In this document: positions 44,701 to 55,068 of the stretch, piece after piece
Position numbering within the stretch: position 1 is the first letter of the stretch
How the letters are laid out: every line of letters begins with the position of its first letter
From: Caecitellus pseudoparvulus
Lineage: Eukaryota > Protista > Bigyra: Bicosoecida
Direction of reading: 5' to 3'
Assembly: GCA_965644315.1 (NCBI GenBank)
Contig: CBFFRQ010000076.1
Coordinates: 1 to 64,000, forward strand
Length of the DNA stretch: 64,000 bases
Notes under the pieces: generated by a model
What the model was told of the DNA's origin: nothing
The model's input: the letters and a program-made list of their open reading frames with translations, nothing else
Database searches by the model: none
Made by a program: the position numbers and the translations under genes

Positions 44701-46695
44701 GGGGAGGAAGGGCGCGCTGCGGCGGGGGGGCCGCACCTGGCAGCTGTGCGCCGGCGCCGCGCAGCGAAGCGCACACCCCGCAAGCGGCCTGCCCGCCCCA
44801 CCCTCGGCGCCAAGCTGGTCCTGCAGCGCGCCAAGCGGCAGGCAGCAGAGGCAGGCACGCTTGCGCCAGACCGACCGACCGACCGGGCACAGGCGCTGAG
44901 CATGCTGGGTGTGAGCCTGGGGCGGCAGGAGTGGGCCCACCTCCCAGCAGAACAAGTGGAGGCGGCGTGGCGAGGCGAAGTCAGCGCCTTTGCGGAGGTT
45001 CTGGCAGACTCGTTCGCCGGAGCAGGCATGAACCGGGCCCAGGCGGCAGCTGCCATCTCCAAGGAGACCCTGCCCCAGCTCCAGGCTCTGGTTCGCGAGG
45101 CGCAGGAGGGAGGGGTGGGGCGTCGTGCCGCGTTGGGTCTCACTGTGCGGTCTGCCTCACAGGGCTCCACGCAAGACACTGCCCTGCTGCAGTGCCTGGC
45201 TGAAGGCGGCGCAATGGCGGATGTGGTCATTGGGGACATTGCATCTGCGCTCAAGGCGGATCCTGGCGCATGGGGGGCACTCGGACAGCACTCTAGCCCT
45301 GGGAGCCAGGCAGTGGTGGGGAAGGGGAGCACTGTGCGGGAAGCCGGCGACGCCGCCTGGGCTGGTCCGCGGTGGAGGCATGTGGACCAGGCCTGCCGCC
45401 TGCCCTCTGCGCCGGTGGCTGTGGCCCTGGTGCTGCAGCATGCGCGCCGCCACCCGCTGAGCGCCCCGGCACTGTCCCTGCAAGAGGTAGGCGCGACCTT
45501 TCCTCGCGTCAAGCGGCGGGAGCGGGGGCGTGTCAGCCTCGCGGACGTGTCCAGGCAGCTGCCGCGGGACCTGCTGGCTGCCACACAGGACCTGGTGCGA
45601 GCCGACGCAGAGCAGCTGCCAGGGGACACTGCGGCTTGGTCGCCAGAGCAGTGGGCGCGGGTGCACTGGCGGCGCCTGCGTCGCCTCGCTGCCCTGTTAT
45701 GGCGGGCTGGCGTGCCACCCACCTTCACCACCGCAGCACTTCGCAAGGCGGGCCTGCCGTGCAGTGCAGGCGACGTCAACGCGCACTGGGGCTGCAATGT
45801 CCGCCTGGTGTCTGATGGCAGTTGGCAGGAAGTGGTGGAGGGCGGTGAGAGCGGCATGCCCGATGCGGGCGTTTGGCAGGCGCTGGCTGGGCCCGATGGC
45901 TTGGTGCACGGACCCGACGGCATGGTGGCCAGCCCGGCGGACTTGCAGGCCTTCGAGGCCCTGGTGGGGGGACAGGGCCTCAAGGGGGCCCGGTGGGATC
46001 CGCGGGCGGAGGACGCGGCCTGGGAGGCGCTGGAGGCACGTGCCGCTCACACGGCGGCTGCAGCCAGGGGCGCTGCCCGCCCAGCACCAAGTGCCCGTGC
46101 TTCGGACCCACCTCGCGCAGAGCAAGCGCCCAGCGCTTCCATGGAGGAACTGGACCTGTCGGGGCTGAGCGCAGCGGACCAGGCTGAAGTGCGCGACCTC
46201 ATGTCGCAGCTTGCCGGCATGCCGAGCGAGACTCCAGCCCGGAGCACTGCAGGCACAGAGGGGCGCCGGGGTTCGGCTGCCACTGCCATGCGCCACGGCA
46301 CACAAGCTCTGGAGGCGGCCGAGGCGCTGCAGGGGGGCGAGTTCATGTCAGCTGAGGAGGAGGCTGGGCTGACGCGCATGCTGGCGGGGCTGGAGGCGGA
46401 TGCGGGTGTGCAGGGGGGGGAAGCGGCGAGCACGGCAGCCCACTTTGCCCAGGCAGGCCAGGCAGCCATGGCAGGCGAGGTGGGAGACGGCCCCGAGGGC
46501 TCCCTGGAGGCTTTGCTGGCTGCTGAGGGCTTGGGCGAGCTGGCAGGTGATGCGGAGGTGACGGGGGTGCTGCAAGAGCTCATGAGCGCGGGAGCGGGCA
46601 CGGGCGACATCCGTGAAGCCCTGCGCAGCGCCACTTCGGAGGCGACACATGGGCACGCCGGGATCCTGGATGTGGACGACGACTCGGACCGGTGA
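41701..46695 (+). CDS. RAP-domain (FASTK-like) organellar protein fused to ~1150-aa acidic helical region
   Basis: Arg-rich N-terminal presequence; RAP motif SIDYLW..VALEVDGPSHF..TRLKRSILQAQGLQVVSLPFSQW at about aa 405-490. Confidence 0.75.
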   Translation: MAGRSIGVKPRAAAVLWPSSLFRATASNVRLVPVRHLAVGRAPPPSQPATHAPTQQSRASPARSGLTESLNAGLATVHHPLNALPKHLRGLTRQAATSALAELASPAPGSRSLAPLDALAGVRLLCAAAKPLKIPQPAQASFLAQAHKALHAASPGCSGGELDTWGLFLAASTRLHAAAPPPLPLLQAAERRAAASGGDMPPVAAAGWLLAGRGVGLDTPALREVCGRGPVDPAAALVQAQGLVAGRSGTSELSTVVNVAVRKAAGPRHRRWRPVVSALHKAGALDVGQVRGLLQAALPGMSFGTAGSVCASDALGSDGEWLAQLCLMAVSLDHVPREALARLTTALAGCREVAPPTYTRREHLSSTLLRLHSAAALQPELHTPVLPDSLKRACLEQRQTGKPSALQAAVGVALARAGAAPWQAEACLPCGESIDYLWPAQGVALEVDGPSHFTPEGSATPATRLKRSILQAQGLQVVSLPFSQWPSKGDTLASSALLRQVLPPSVLTTSQARTLHTSATAWAGRRRRGGRGVAPGDLIIDVPASAPKGQSTRSRVESGADAAGGEEEVLGRLAGQEEAADAELRQLMQQLGAADRHGMRGAEEAPRAPQDSSPDPGQLLEAQALLDRVGGVEGLQDTMQDLFAEELGADSSLQEQVLGRQDTILTEPTAPGEAQARAAARERGEAVQATTLAEGFDPLSDAFGKFSPSQERELNRLRALEAGAQAEGVTLTQQLLEEGDADGRLTQLTLKGMQLLGLKPDDAFEHEEVEALLGYNVGADGKQLPPRARRKRYRRGTERAQSPNAAAAAAGKGLTADQALAAAEDDTDLRKWVEEVTGESLEEGQQGRDDVVLHSKLTPHEAAAAAAIKRHLAEEGLTAEERAEAALLAEQRAQAMAEAGGGSSAAFRESMERGAAQASVSADAAVQWGQSMLSASQQAVAGELADGLSSALLGGGQQAELEAGNSPLPALAGSADASHSGGDAQAMLELIEAAAEAAAVGEEGRAAAGGPHLAAVRRRRAAKRTPRKRPARPTLGAKLVLQRAKRQAAEAGTLAPDRPTDRAQALSMLGVSLGRQEWAHLPAEQVEAAWRGEVSAFAEVLADSFAGAGMNRAQAAAAISKETLPQLQALVREAQEGGVGRRAALGLTVRSASQGSTQDTALLQCLAEGGAMADVVIGDIASALKADPGAWGALGQHSSPGSQAVVGKGSTVREAGDAAWAGPRWRHVDQACRLPSAPVAVALVLQHARRHPLSAPALSLQEVGATFPRVKRRERGRVSLADVSRQLPRDLLAATQDLVRADAEQLPGDTAAWSPEQWARVHWRRLRRLAALLWRAGVPPTFTTAALRKAGLPCSAGDVNAHWGCNVRLVSDGSWQEVVEGGESGMPDAGVWQALAGPDGLVHGPDGMVASPADLQAFEALVGGQGLKGARWDPRAEDAAWEALEARAAHTAAAARGAARPAPSARASDPPRAEQAPSASMEELDLSGLSAADQAEVRDLMSQLAGMPSETPARSTAGTEGRRGSAATAMRHGTQALEAAEALQGGEFMSAEEEAGLTRMLAGLEADAGVQGGEAASTAAHFAQAGQAAMAGEVGDGPEGSLEALLAAEGLGELAGDAEVTGVLQELMSAGAGTGDIREALRSATSEATHGHAGILDVDDDSDR

Positions 46696-46937
46696 CGTGC
46701 CTCGAAGCGGGCGTGGCGGAACGGCGAGCGGACTCGCGGCAGGAATTGCGTCGTGTCTTGCTCGACGAACACCGCGACACAGTGGTAACCCCAGCAAATC
46801 CATTGCCACGTCAAAATTGCATGCTTTCTGGTTGACATAGTCTTGGTGTGTGTGTCTGCCCCGGCTTGTCAAGGCTGTCGCGCAGAGTCGCTTGGCGTGG
46901 TGGCGAAGAGCACACCTCCCTCCCAGTCCCAGCCAGC

Positions 46938-49900
46938 ATGGAGCTTGGCAGCGCAGGGCATGCACTTTTGCAGCGTGCAATTTCAGGCGACTCTGCTCCC
47001 GGGTCTCCGACTCCGGCTGGCCAGGAGGCCGGCGCGGCAGGAGCTGGGGCCGCCACTGGCGCCGGGACATCAGCTGATGGCTTGAGCAGTTTCCGCACGC
47101 CCTGCAGCCCCGAGGTGCGGGCCGTGCAGGCAGCTGTGGAGACCCTGTTCCAGGCACGGTGTAGATTCGTAGCTGAAGATGCAGTGGTGCGCACCCTGTG
47201 CGATTTCGCGTCCCCCTTCGTTGACGCGACGCTGCACGGGTGCAGCATCACTGCGACCATCGGCTCTGACGCCGATGGCATGGCGACCTACTGCCTGCAA
47301 GTTGGGGGCGACGCCGCGCCAGCGGACTTCACCATTGACATTGCGTGGCAGTGGGCCGTGTTCACCTGCCTCACCGAGCTGCTGGGTGGCTGGCACTCCG
47401 CGGAGGCGCTGCATGGCGCAGAGCTGCTCGCCGCTGGCCTGTTGCGGGACGTGGCTGGGCGTGGCGACGCTGCACTGGACGCCCTCTGCCCCTCCAAGCA
47501 GCCAATAGAGCCCCGCCTGTACCAGGTGCGTAGGGCTCGAGGCCCTGTCGCGGCACATGAGGTGGCATGTGCGCTGCACCCGGCTCTGCGGGAGCTGTGC
47601 GGTGCGCTGGTGGAGCTGGTGCAGCGCAGGCTGACCAAGTGGCACTCGAACCTGCGAAGCGGCTTGCGGGAGGTGCTGACCCGGGAACCTGCCTGGATAG
47701 TGGAGGAGGGCAGGGCTGTCTCGGCGCCGCCCACCTCCGCCGCCCTGTCTTACCTTAGCATGGAGGCCCACAGCGGCGCACTGGCCCACCTGCCTCGCCC
47801 GCTGTGGCAGGGCTTGAAGGCCGCCCTGCGCCACGTGTGGCCGAAGTTGCACGTGGGCATGGCCCTCCTGGCCATGAAGAGCTTCACTCCGCCACAGGCA
47901 GACCAGTGCGCCAGCTCGGCGGACGTCGTGGCGCTGGTCCGAGGCGCTGCGGAGCAGGAGGGGGTCATGGCAGCAGCTCTGGACCTGGACGCCGCGTTTG
48001 GGGAGGCGGGGGCACAGCAAGAGCTGCTGGCGGCCAGTATGGCACTGCTGCTGGAGCTCTTTGGCTCCGACGTGGACGACTCACAACCGCCGTCAGCCCC
48101 CGTGAGCGGCCTGTACCTCACCGAGGCGTATGCGAGACTGGCACGCACGGTGCTGGCCGACCTGCAGGCACTGCCATCCTGGGGCGACGCTGCGCAGGCT
48201 GGAGCAGGGACTGGGGGCGCGGCGCTGCAGGCTGCTGTGGCCACCATGGACGACGACAGCGACTTTGACAGCGACAGCGACGGCTTGGCGGTGCCTCTGC
48301 ACGCCCTGTCGATTCCGACCATGCAGTGCCAGGCGCCAGACCCTGAAGACGACACGGACTTGGTCGGGGCGCCGCTGCCTGCCCATGTGTTCTGCCTGCC
48401 ACACCCCGAGAGAGTGCGCCTGGCCGTGGGCCTCTCCAGCACAGCTCGAGAGGGCTCCACGGCCCTCACCCCTGCGCCCTGCCCGCGGTATGGATGCTGT
48501 GCATTCACCTTGCGGGGCCGGCTGTACATGTTCGGAGGCACGGGCATCGAAGTGCTGCAGAAGGCTTTGCAGCAGCCACTGCCGCCGCTGGACCGAATCA
48601 GTCGGTCTCCCCGCGTGGACGATGCGCTGCTGCGACAGACCATGCGCATGCTGGGCTTTCGGGTCATCGGTGAGCTCGTGGACCAGCGCGGGGAAATGCT
48701 GCCCATTAGTCAGCTGTTGGCCAGCCGCTTGCGCCGAGTGACTGGGCCGTCAGCGACCAGGCTCGTGCGGAATGTCATTACCAAGGCAACGCAGTTCGAA
48801 GCCGACCGAGCGCCAGTGCAGTTGGTGGACGGGCACCATGTTCCTGTGGCGTACAATAAGGACGAGCAGGTGCTGGTGTCGTGGCTGAACACGGCGAGGG
48901 CGGAGGTTGCGAAGCTGTTCCTATCCGCGCAGCCCAGCCTGTTCACGCTGCACGTGCACGGCAGTCGATACAAGTACAACAGCATTGCCCTGGACCCGCA
49001 CGTAGCCGAAGACAAGCAGCAGGCGCTGCAGAATTTGCTGGCACGCGCTGCCGGGCACAGCACAGCTGCTGAGTGGGTGCAGGTTCCGAACGCTGGCACG
49101 CCCCTGCCTGCACACGAGTCCACCGTGGCTGTCACCATCCCCACGCGCTCTGACCCTCGCGTGCTACTGCTGTCTACCGAGAGGTCCCGCCTTTCTCGGT
49201 TGGTGTGCTCTGTCTTGCGCATCAACGCGCAGGGCGCCTCGACGGTGCGAACCCCCAAGCTGCGATGCAGTGCCCGCCACCAGCAGGGCTTCACGGCCGA
49301 CCGCCTGCCTGGCGAGCAGAATGTGATCGTGTACGGCGGGTGCAATCCGCACATGACGCGCCAGGTACACCATTCCCGCAAGGTGGCACATGGGTTTTTC
49401 CTGTTGCATGCACGGGCAGGGCGTGAGGGGATGTACCACGTGCAGGACACCGACGTGCGAGGGGAGTTCCCCGTCCCCGGCCCCCTTCGAAACCACTCCT
49501 CCAGCATGACTTCCCACGGCAACCTGGTGTTGTTCGGCGGCGCCCCAGGCGGAGGGTGCGGCCGGGATGTGTGGGTTGCGAGCATGCTGGACTGCGTCGC
49601 TGCCGGAGGCAAGGAGTTCAACCCTGACACGCTCCGCGGTGGGGCGGTGGAGCCAGAGGCCCGTTTCCGCATCGCCATGTCGTGGGTGAAGGTGGAGGGC
49701 GTGGCGCCTCAGATTCGCGCGCACGCCTCCATGCACCGACTGCCTGGCACTGACACAGTGCTCGTGTTCGGCGGCTGCTCCAACCAGGGCACCAGTCTGG
49801 GCGACGTGTGGACGGGGCACATCGAAGCCATCCACCCTGACAAGATGCATTCCTGGGGCGATTTCCGATCCCTCAGCTTCGCCATCGGCGGCCGCAGCAA

Positions 49901-51917
49901 GTACGAGACAGACAGCATGCCGCTGTGGCGCATGAAGTGGGTCAGCCGCCGTACGAAGCTGCCGGGCGAAGACGACGGCAGCGACTGGTCCTACCCTCGC
50001 CACAAGGCGGCGAGTGCCATCCTTTCAGGGCGCCTGTTTGTCTTTGGCGGGCTGCAGAGCCGGCGGGGGGGCATTGTCGGCGAGCCACGCACACTTGAGC
50101 GGGCCATGGAGCGGGACTACAGCACGCTGCTCATGTCCAAATCGTACTCCAAGGCGGCACGCAAGACCAGCGGTGGGGTGGGCATTCACAGGTACGGCGT
50201 GCTCACGCCAGTGTCCTGCGAGCTGGGCGGCATTCATGCGGACACTCACGTCCTCAAGCTGGAGCGCGAGCGCATCGGCCTGGCGCCAAGCTCCTTGCCT
50301 GACGACTTGGCCTGGCTGTGGGCCGGCGCCGCCTCCGCACAGCCAGTGCTGCGGCCTCCCACTGGTGTATTGGAAGCGCAAGACGGCCCCATGTGGCGCG
50401 TGGACTCTGGCGCCGCGGCCCTGCCTGCGGATATCAAGGCACAGCTAGACCGCAGTGCGGGGGAGGGGGGCGGAGACGAGGGGGGGCTGAACGCAGGCGT
50501 CTTGGCGGACGTGGTGCTCATTTGTGCGCCCCCCGTCACGGAGTCCGGCACGGCTGGTCGGGCTGGCACTGACGCAGCTGGACAACCAGTGCACGCCTTG
50601 GCGGCACACCGCTGCATTGTAGCCAGCACCATTCCCTGGATGTGGGGCGCTCTGGCCGCTGAGGAGGGCGGCTGGGGGGCCGGGGTGGCCCACCCTGGCT
50701 TCGCAGCGGAGGCTGGACCAGTGCCTGCCGCGCCAGGCTTGCACGACGATGACGAGGAGGCTCTGCCTGCACCCCCCCTGCAACCCACCCTCTCCCTGCG
50801 CCGGTCCGTGTCTGTTGGGGAGGCGTGTGTAAAGCCGTTGTTGGCAGCGCCCCTGGTGTCTGCCGCGTCGCCACAGGTCGTGCAGGTGCCGTTCGCGCCG
50901 GTTGACGCCATGGCATGCATTCTGCAGTTCGTGTACACCGGCCACACAAGCATCCCATCAGACTTGGTGCCGTGGGTGTGGGGCGTCCTGCAGTGCCTGG
51001 GCATGTGCCCTGAAGCGAAGAGCGTCATGAAGGCTGCACGGGCAGCCAAGGCGGGGCGCAAGGGCGCCAAGTATCGACCCACTGACAAAAAATGGCGCCA
51101 CAACGTCTTGCTGGACGTGGCCGCAGGGTGGTTGCCAGGGCCAGCGTTGCCCAGCATCACGCACTTCGACAGCTGCCCGCTGCCCTTGGTGGCCATTGAC
51201 ACACAGCTTTCCAAGCTATGTGAGACCGTGCTGTCAGTACAGCGGTCAGAAGGCCGCCTTGCAGCTCGTGAGCGCGTTGTGGCGGGCTCGCCTGACCGTC
51301 CGCTGAACAAGCGCACAGTGAACGGGCTGCGGTGGCTGCACAGCGAAGGTGCCTTCTTCGATGCCCACGTTCAGTGCCTGGATGCCTCCACGGAGCAGCC
51401 CATGTTCGTGGGGGGGCACCGTGCCGTGCTTGCGGCACGCTCTCGCATGTGGCGTGGAGCGCTGTGCAGTTCCCTGGCCACGCAGCCTGGCTCAGGCGCC
51501 GTGCCACGGGAAGTGGCGCTGGGTGTGGGGGAAGGCATTGCATTGGAGGTGGATGACGTGACGGCTTTCCTACAAGCGGCTTACAGTGGCGAGTTGCAGA
51601 ACGTGCGAGTGGAGGCCGCGCCGCTCATGCTGCCACTTGCTGCAGCACACTCCATGTCGCGCCTGGCATCGCACTGCGAGCGGCAGGTGGTCAGCGGCTT
51701 CGATTTGGAGGACCCCGAGTCTGCTGTGGGCATTTGGGTGTATGCGGCAGGCCTGGGGCTGGCTGGTCGGCGCCTTCGGCGCGTGGTGGCCAACGCGCTG
51801 TCCCTGTCAGGCGCCACGAAACAGCTCCCCCGCACACTGGAGCAGTTTGTGGAAGCGGGTGAGATGACCCCTGAGATGGAAGCGCAGCTGTGGAAGGATG
51901 TCAAGGCGTACGCTTAG
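46938..51917 (+). CDS. Kelch-repeat + tandem BTB protein (LZTR1-like architecture)
   Basis: Kelch GG motifs (LYMFGG, IVYGG, VLFGG, LVFGG, LFVFGG) followed by two BTB signatures (ADVVLIC..AAHRCIVAS; FDAHVQC..GHRAVLAARS). Confidence 0.75.
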   Translation: MELGSAGHALLQRAISGDSAPGSPTPAGQEAGAAGAGAATGAGTSADGLSSFRTPCSPEVRAVQAAVETLFQARCRFVAEDAVVRTLCDFASPFVDATLHGCSITATIGSDADGMATYCLQVGGDAAPADFTIDIAWQWAVFTCLTELLGGWHSAEALHGAELLAAGLLRDVAGRGDAALDALCPSKQPIEPRLYQVRRARGPVAAHEVACALHPALRELCGALVELVQRRLTKWHSNLRSGLREVLTREPAWIVEEGRAVSAPPTSAALSYLSMEAHSGALAHLPRPLWQGLKAALRHVWPKLHVGMALLAMKSFTPPQADQCASSADVVALVRGAAEQEGVMAAALDLDAAFGEAGAQQELLAASMALLLELFGSDVDDSQPPSAPVSGLYLTEAYARLARTVLADLQALPSWGDAAQAGAGTGGAALQAAVATMDDDSDFDSDSDGLAVPLHALSIPTMQCQAPDPEDDTDLVGAPLPAHVFCLPHPERVRLAVGLSSTAREGSTALTPAPCPRYGCCAFTLRGRLYMFGGTGIEVLQKALQQPLPPLDRISRSPRVDDALLRQTMRMLGFRVIGELVDQRGEMLPISQLLASRLRRVTGPSATRLVRNVITKATQFEADRAPVQLVDGHHVPVAYNKDEQVLVSWLNTARAEVAKLFLSAQPSLFTLHVHGSRYKYNSIALDPHVAEDKQQALQNLLARAAGHSTAAEWVQVPNAGTPLPAHESTVAVTIPTRSDPRVLLLSTERSRLSRLVCSVLRINAQGASTVRTPKLRCSARHQQGFTADRLPGEQNVIVYGGCNPHMTRQVHHSRKVAHGFFLLHARAGREGMYHVQDTDVRGEFPVPGPLRNHSSSMTSHGNLVLFGGAPGGGCGRDVWVASMLDCVAAGGKEFNPDTLRGGAVEPEARFRIAMSWVKVEGVAPQIRAHASMHRLPGTDTVLVFGGCSNQGTSLGDVWTGHIEAIHPDKMHSWGDFRSLSFAIGGRSKYETDSMPLWRMKWVSRRTKLPGEDDGSDWSYPRHKAASAILSGRLFVFGGLQSRRGGIVGEPRTLERAMERDYSTLLMSKSYSKAARKTSGGVGIHRYGVLTPVSCELGGIHADTHVLKLERERIGLAPSSLPDDLAWLWAGAASAQPVLRPPTGVLEAQDGPMWRVDSGAAALPADIKAQLDRSAGEGGGDEGGLNAGVLADVVLICAPPVTESGTAGRAGTDAAGQPVHALAAHRCIVASTIPWMWGALAAEEGGWGAGVAHPGFAAEAGPVPAAPGLHDDDEEALPAPPLQPTLSLRRSVSVGEACVKPLLAAPLVSAASPQVVQVPFAPVDAMACILQFVYTGHTSIPSDLVPWVWGVLQCLGMCPEAKSVMKAARAAKAGRKGAKYRPTDKKWRHNVLLDVAAGWLPGPALPSITHFDSCPLPLVAIDTQLSKLCETVLSVQRSEGRLAARERVVAGSPDRPLNKRTVNGLRWLHSEGAFFDAHVQCLDASTEQPMFVGGHRAVLAARSRMWRGALCSSLATQPGSGAVPREVALGVGEGIALEVDDVTAFLQAAYSGELQNVRVEAAPLMLPLAAAHSMSRLASHCERQVVSGFDLEDPESAVGIWVYAAGLGLAGRRLRRVVANALSLSGATKQLPRTLEQFVEAGEMTPEMEAQLWKDVKAYA

Positions 51918-51962
51918 AAGGTGCTGTGTCTCGTCTGCCCTGCAATGCACGCTCGGCAAGCA

Positions 51963-53384
51963 TCATTCTGCCGCTCGGCTTCGCGCTCGAAGCAGCACAA
52001 GCTGCCGCCTCCGGCACCACGCCAAGTTCTCATGCACTGCGCGGAACAGGGCGGTGCCTCGGTGACGAGCCTTGAGGTGTGTCAGCAAGGCCGGGGAGAC
52101 AGGCGCGCCTGCCCCTGCCAACAGGGCAGTGCACTGCAGGTGGCCGGCACTGCCAGCCTCTGCCAGGAACTCTGCAAGCCCCACCAAGCTGCGGTGACGA
52201 GGGGGCAGCACAGATGTGGGCGACGGCATGTTTCCAGGCACGTGGTGGAGGGGTGCACGTGGTGTGCTGCCTGATTTGCCCAGAGGGCACACGTCCAGTG
52301 CCAGTCCGCGCAGTGCGTCGGGCGGGATTGAGCGAGCCAACACGTGCGGTGCCGCGTGCTGTAGCAGCAAGGACAGGCACTTTGCGTTGCCGCCCAGCAC
52401 TGCACTGAGTAAGGCGTGGTGCAGCGCGTCGTCGTCGGGGGCGGACTGTCGCACGAGCGCACAGGGAGTGCCTGGGGGCAGGTCGCAAGTGCTCGCAAGG
52501 CGAACGCGCGACAGGGCTGGCGTGATGACCACTGCAATGTCCGCTGTGACGGGAAAGCGCAGCGTAGACTGCGTACACGACGGCTTGATGGCACTGCTGT
52601 GGGGTGGCTTTGCACCGGCTTGAAGGTGGCTGCCTTCGTGGGTCCCTTGCGTGTGAGCTGCGGGGCGCCGGCTGCGAGGCAGCAGGTCGCTGTCCGCGAC
52701 CAGCAGTGCACGCACGCCCTCGGGGTGGCCCCACCGCGCTGCAAGGGAGAGCGGGCACATTGCAAAGGCAGGGTCCAATGCAGCAGCAGACACGTCGCTA
52801 CTTCCCCCTTGCGCCTGTGCCGCGGCCCGCCCCACATCCAGCGGCCGCGTGTCATGTGGGACTACGGTGGGCGGCGGCGTGTACGCCACTTGGCACGGCG
52901 AGCAGCCACAGAGACGCAGGAGGCGAGCCACCTCCCCCGCACCTGATCGGCGCAAGGTGGCGATGCGGTGCAGCAGCCCCCCGCCCACTGCACATGCCAG
53001 GTGGCCGTGCTCTTGCAGACCGAATGCTCGCAGTTGCTCCCATGCTGTGGGGTCCCGCACGGCACCGTGCATAGCCAGGACGTGGGCGGCTGCCGTGGCC
53101 ACCAGGGGAGTGTACTCTGGTCCATACGCAAGGGACCAGTTCTCCAGCACTTCTGTGGCCTCGAAGGGGCTGCGCATGAGGGTGGTGCAGACGTCTTCAA
53201 AGGCGGCCGACACTGCTGGCAACGATGTGCCTCTCTTGCTGCCGCTGCTGCTGAAGATGGACCCGCTGGTGTCCGTGCTGCTGGACAGCGTGGAGTCCAC
53301 TGAGTCCATGGAGTACCCGCGTGGCCGGTCAAACGCAAAGGATGGCGGCAGGTTCGCGGTGTTGTACGACACTTGGTTGCCCAT
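51963..53384 (-). CDS. hypothetical protein with degenerate ankyrin repeats and possible N-myristoylation (MGNQVS)
   Basis: PLSLAARWGHPEGVRALL, ALLSAVLGGNAKCLSLLL, AGSAGHLQCTALL. Confidence 0.55.
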   Translation of the reverse strand: MGNQVSYNTANLPPSFAFDRPRGYSMDSVDSTLSSSTDTSGSIFSSSGSKRGTSLPAVSAAFEDVCTTLMRSPFEATEVLENWSLAYGPEYTPLVATAAAHVLAMHGAVRDPTAWEQLRAFGLQEHGHLACAVGGGLLHRIATLRRSGAGEVARLLRLCGCSPCQVAYTPPPTVVPHDTRPLDVGRAAAQAQGGSSDVSAAALDPAFAMCPLSLAARWGHPEGVRALLVADSDLLPRSRRPAAHTQGTHEGSHLQAGAKPPHSSAIKPSCTQSTLRFPVTADIAVVITPALSRVRLASTCDLPPGTPCALVRQSAPDDDALHHALLSAVLGGNAKCLSLLLQHAAPHVLARSIPPDALRGLALDVCPLGKSGSTPRAPLHHVPGNMPSPTSVLPPRHRSLVGLAEFLAEAGSAGHLQCTALLAGAGAPVSPALLTHLKARHRGTALFRAVHENLAWCRRRQLVLLRARSRAAE

Positions 53385-53955
53385 GGTGATTGCGGAAATT
53401 GGGTGTGAGCGGCGCAATTTCAGCGACGATTCCTGAAGCACACTGAGACCCGTTGTGAGTGAGAATGTGAGATTCCGAATCTACCTTTGCCTGGTAGGGT
53501 AAAGGAAAGGGCCTCTTCAGCTTCTGAAGCAGGGGCGGCGGTTTTGGTCACTGCTCCGGCTGTTTCCCGCAAACTTCGCCGGGACCAGCGTGGCCGGCTT
53601 TCGCCCGCTCTCACAGGCCTGGAGTGCTTTGGCGGAAATCCCGCATGAAATTCTGCGCAGACTGAAGTGGAAAATGGGGCGGAGGTTGCAGACTGTGTGT
53701 GTTGTGTGCCGCAGCGTGGATCTGCTCGGGCCGGCCGCTGGCTCATTCTCCACGTGTGAAAAAGCGAACCCTGCTGCGCGCCCCTCAGGCCGAGGTGCAG
53801 CGGGGCCATTCTAGCACTTTGCGCACGAGACCCTGCACCTCACCCTCTTCCCTCTGCATCACACTTCGTGCAGGCTAAGAAGTGCCTCAGTCGCCTGGTG
53901 CCGGCACAGCGTGTCGGCAACGGGCGAAACGCCAGCTCCGCACTGACATTGCGGG

Positions 53956-54815
<860 letters not shown>

Positions 54816-55068
54816 GAGTGAAAGCATTTTCGCGCCTTGCACTGTCTTGGGGCCGCTCGGATCTGTGCGGTGCACAAGCCGTGAGGGCACGTGTGACATG
54901 TCTGCAGACCCAAGCGGCGGCCTGGTTGTCAGCACACCCAGCCAGGCAAAACACTCACCCCCTGCAAGCAAATGGCCCGCCAGTGCGGCCAACGGGGGCG
55001 AGCGGGCATGTACAGCCCGTGCCTGCCAGGGAACAATTTATTTGTGAGCGCCAGCGACACGACGCAGC

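Noticed and set aside
53560-53640. E2F-like sites (TTTCCCGC, TTTGGCGG) in a divergent promoter; similar GCGGGAA near 24327
   Set aside because: Short motifs expected by chance, and the flanking genes are not typical E2F targets
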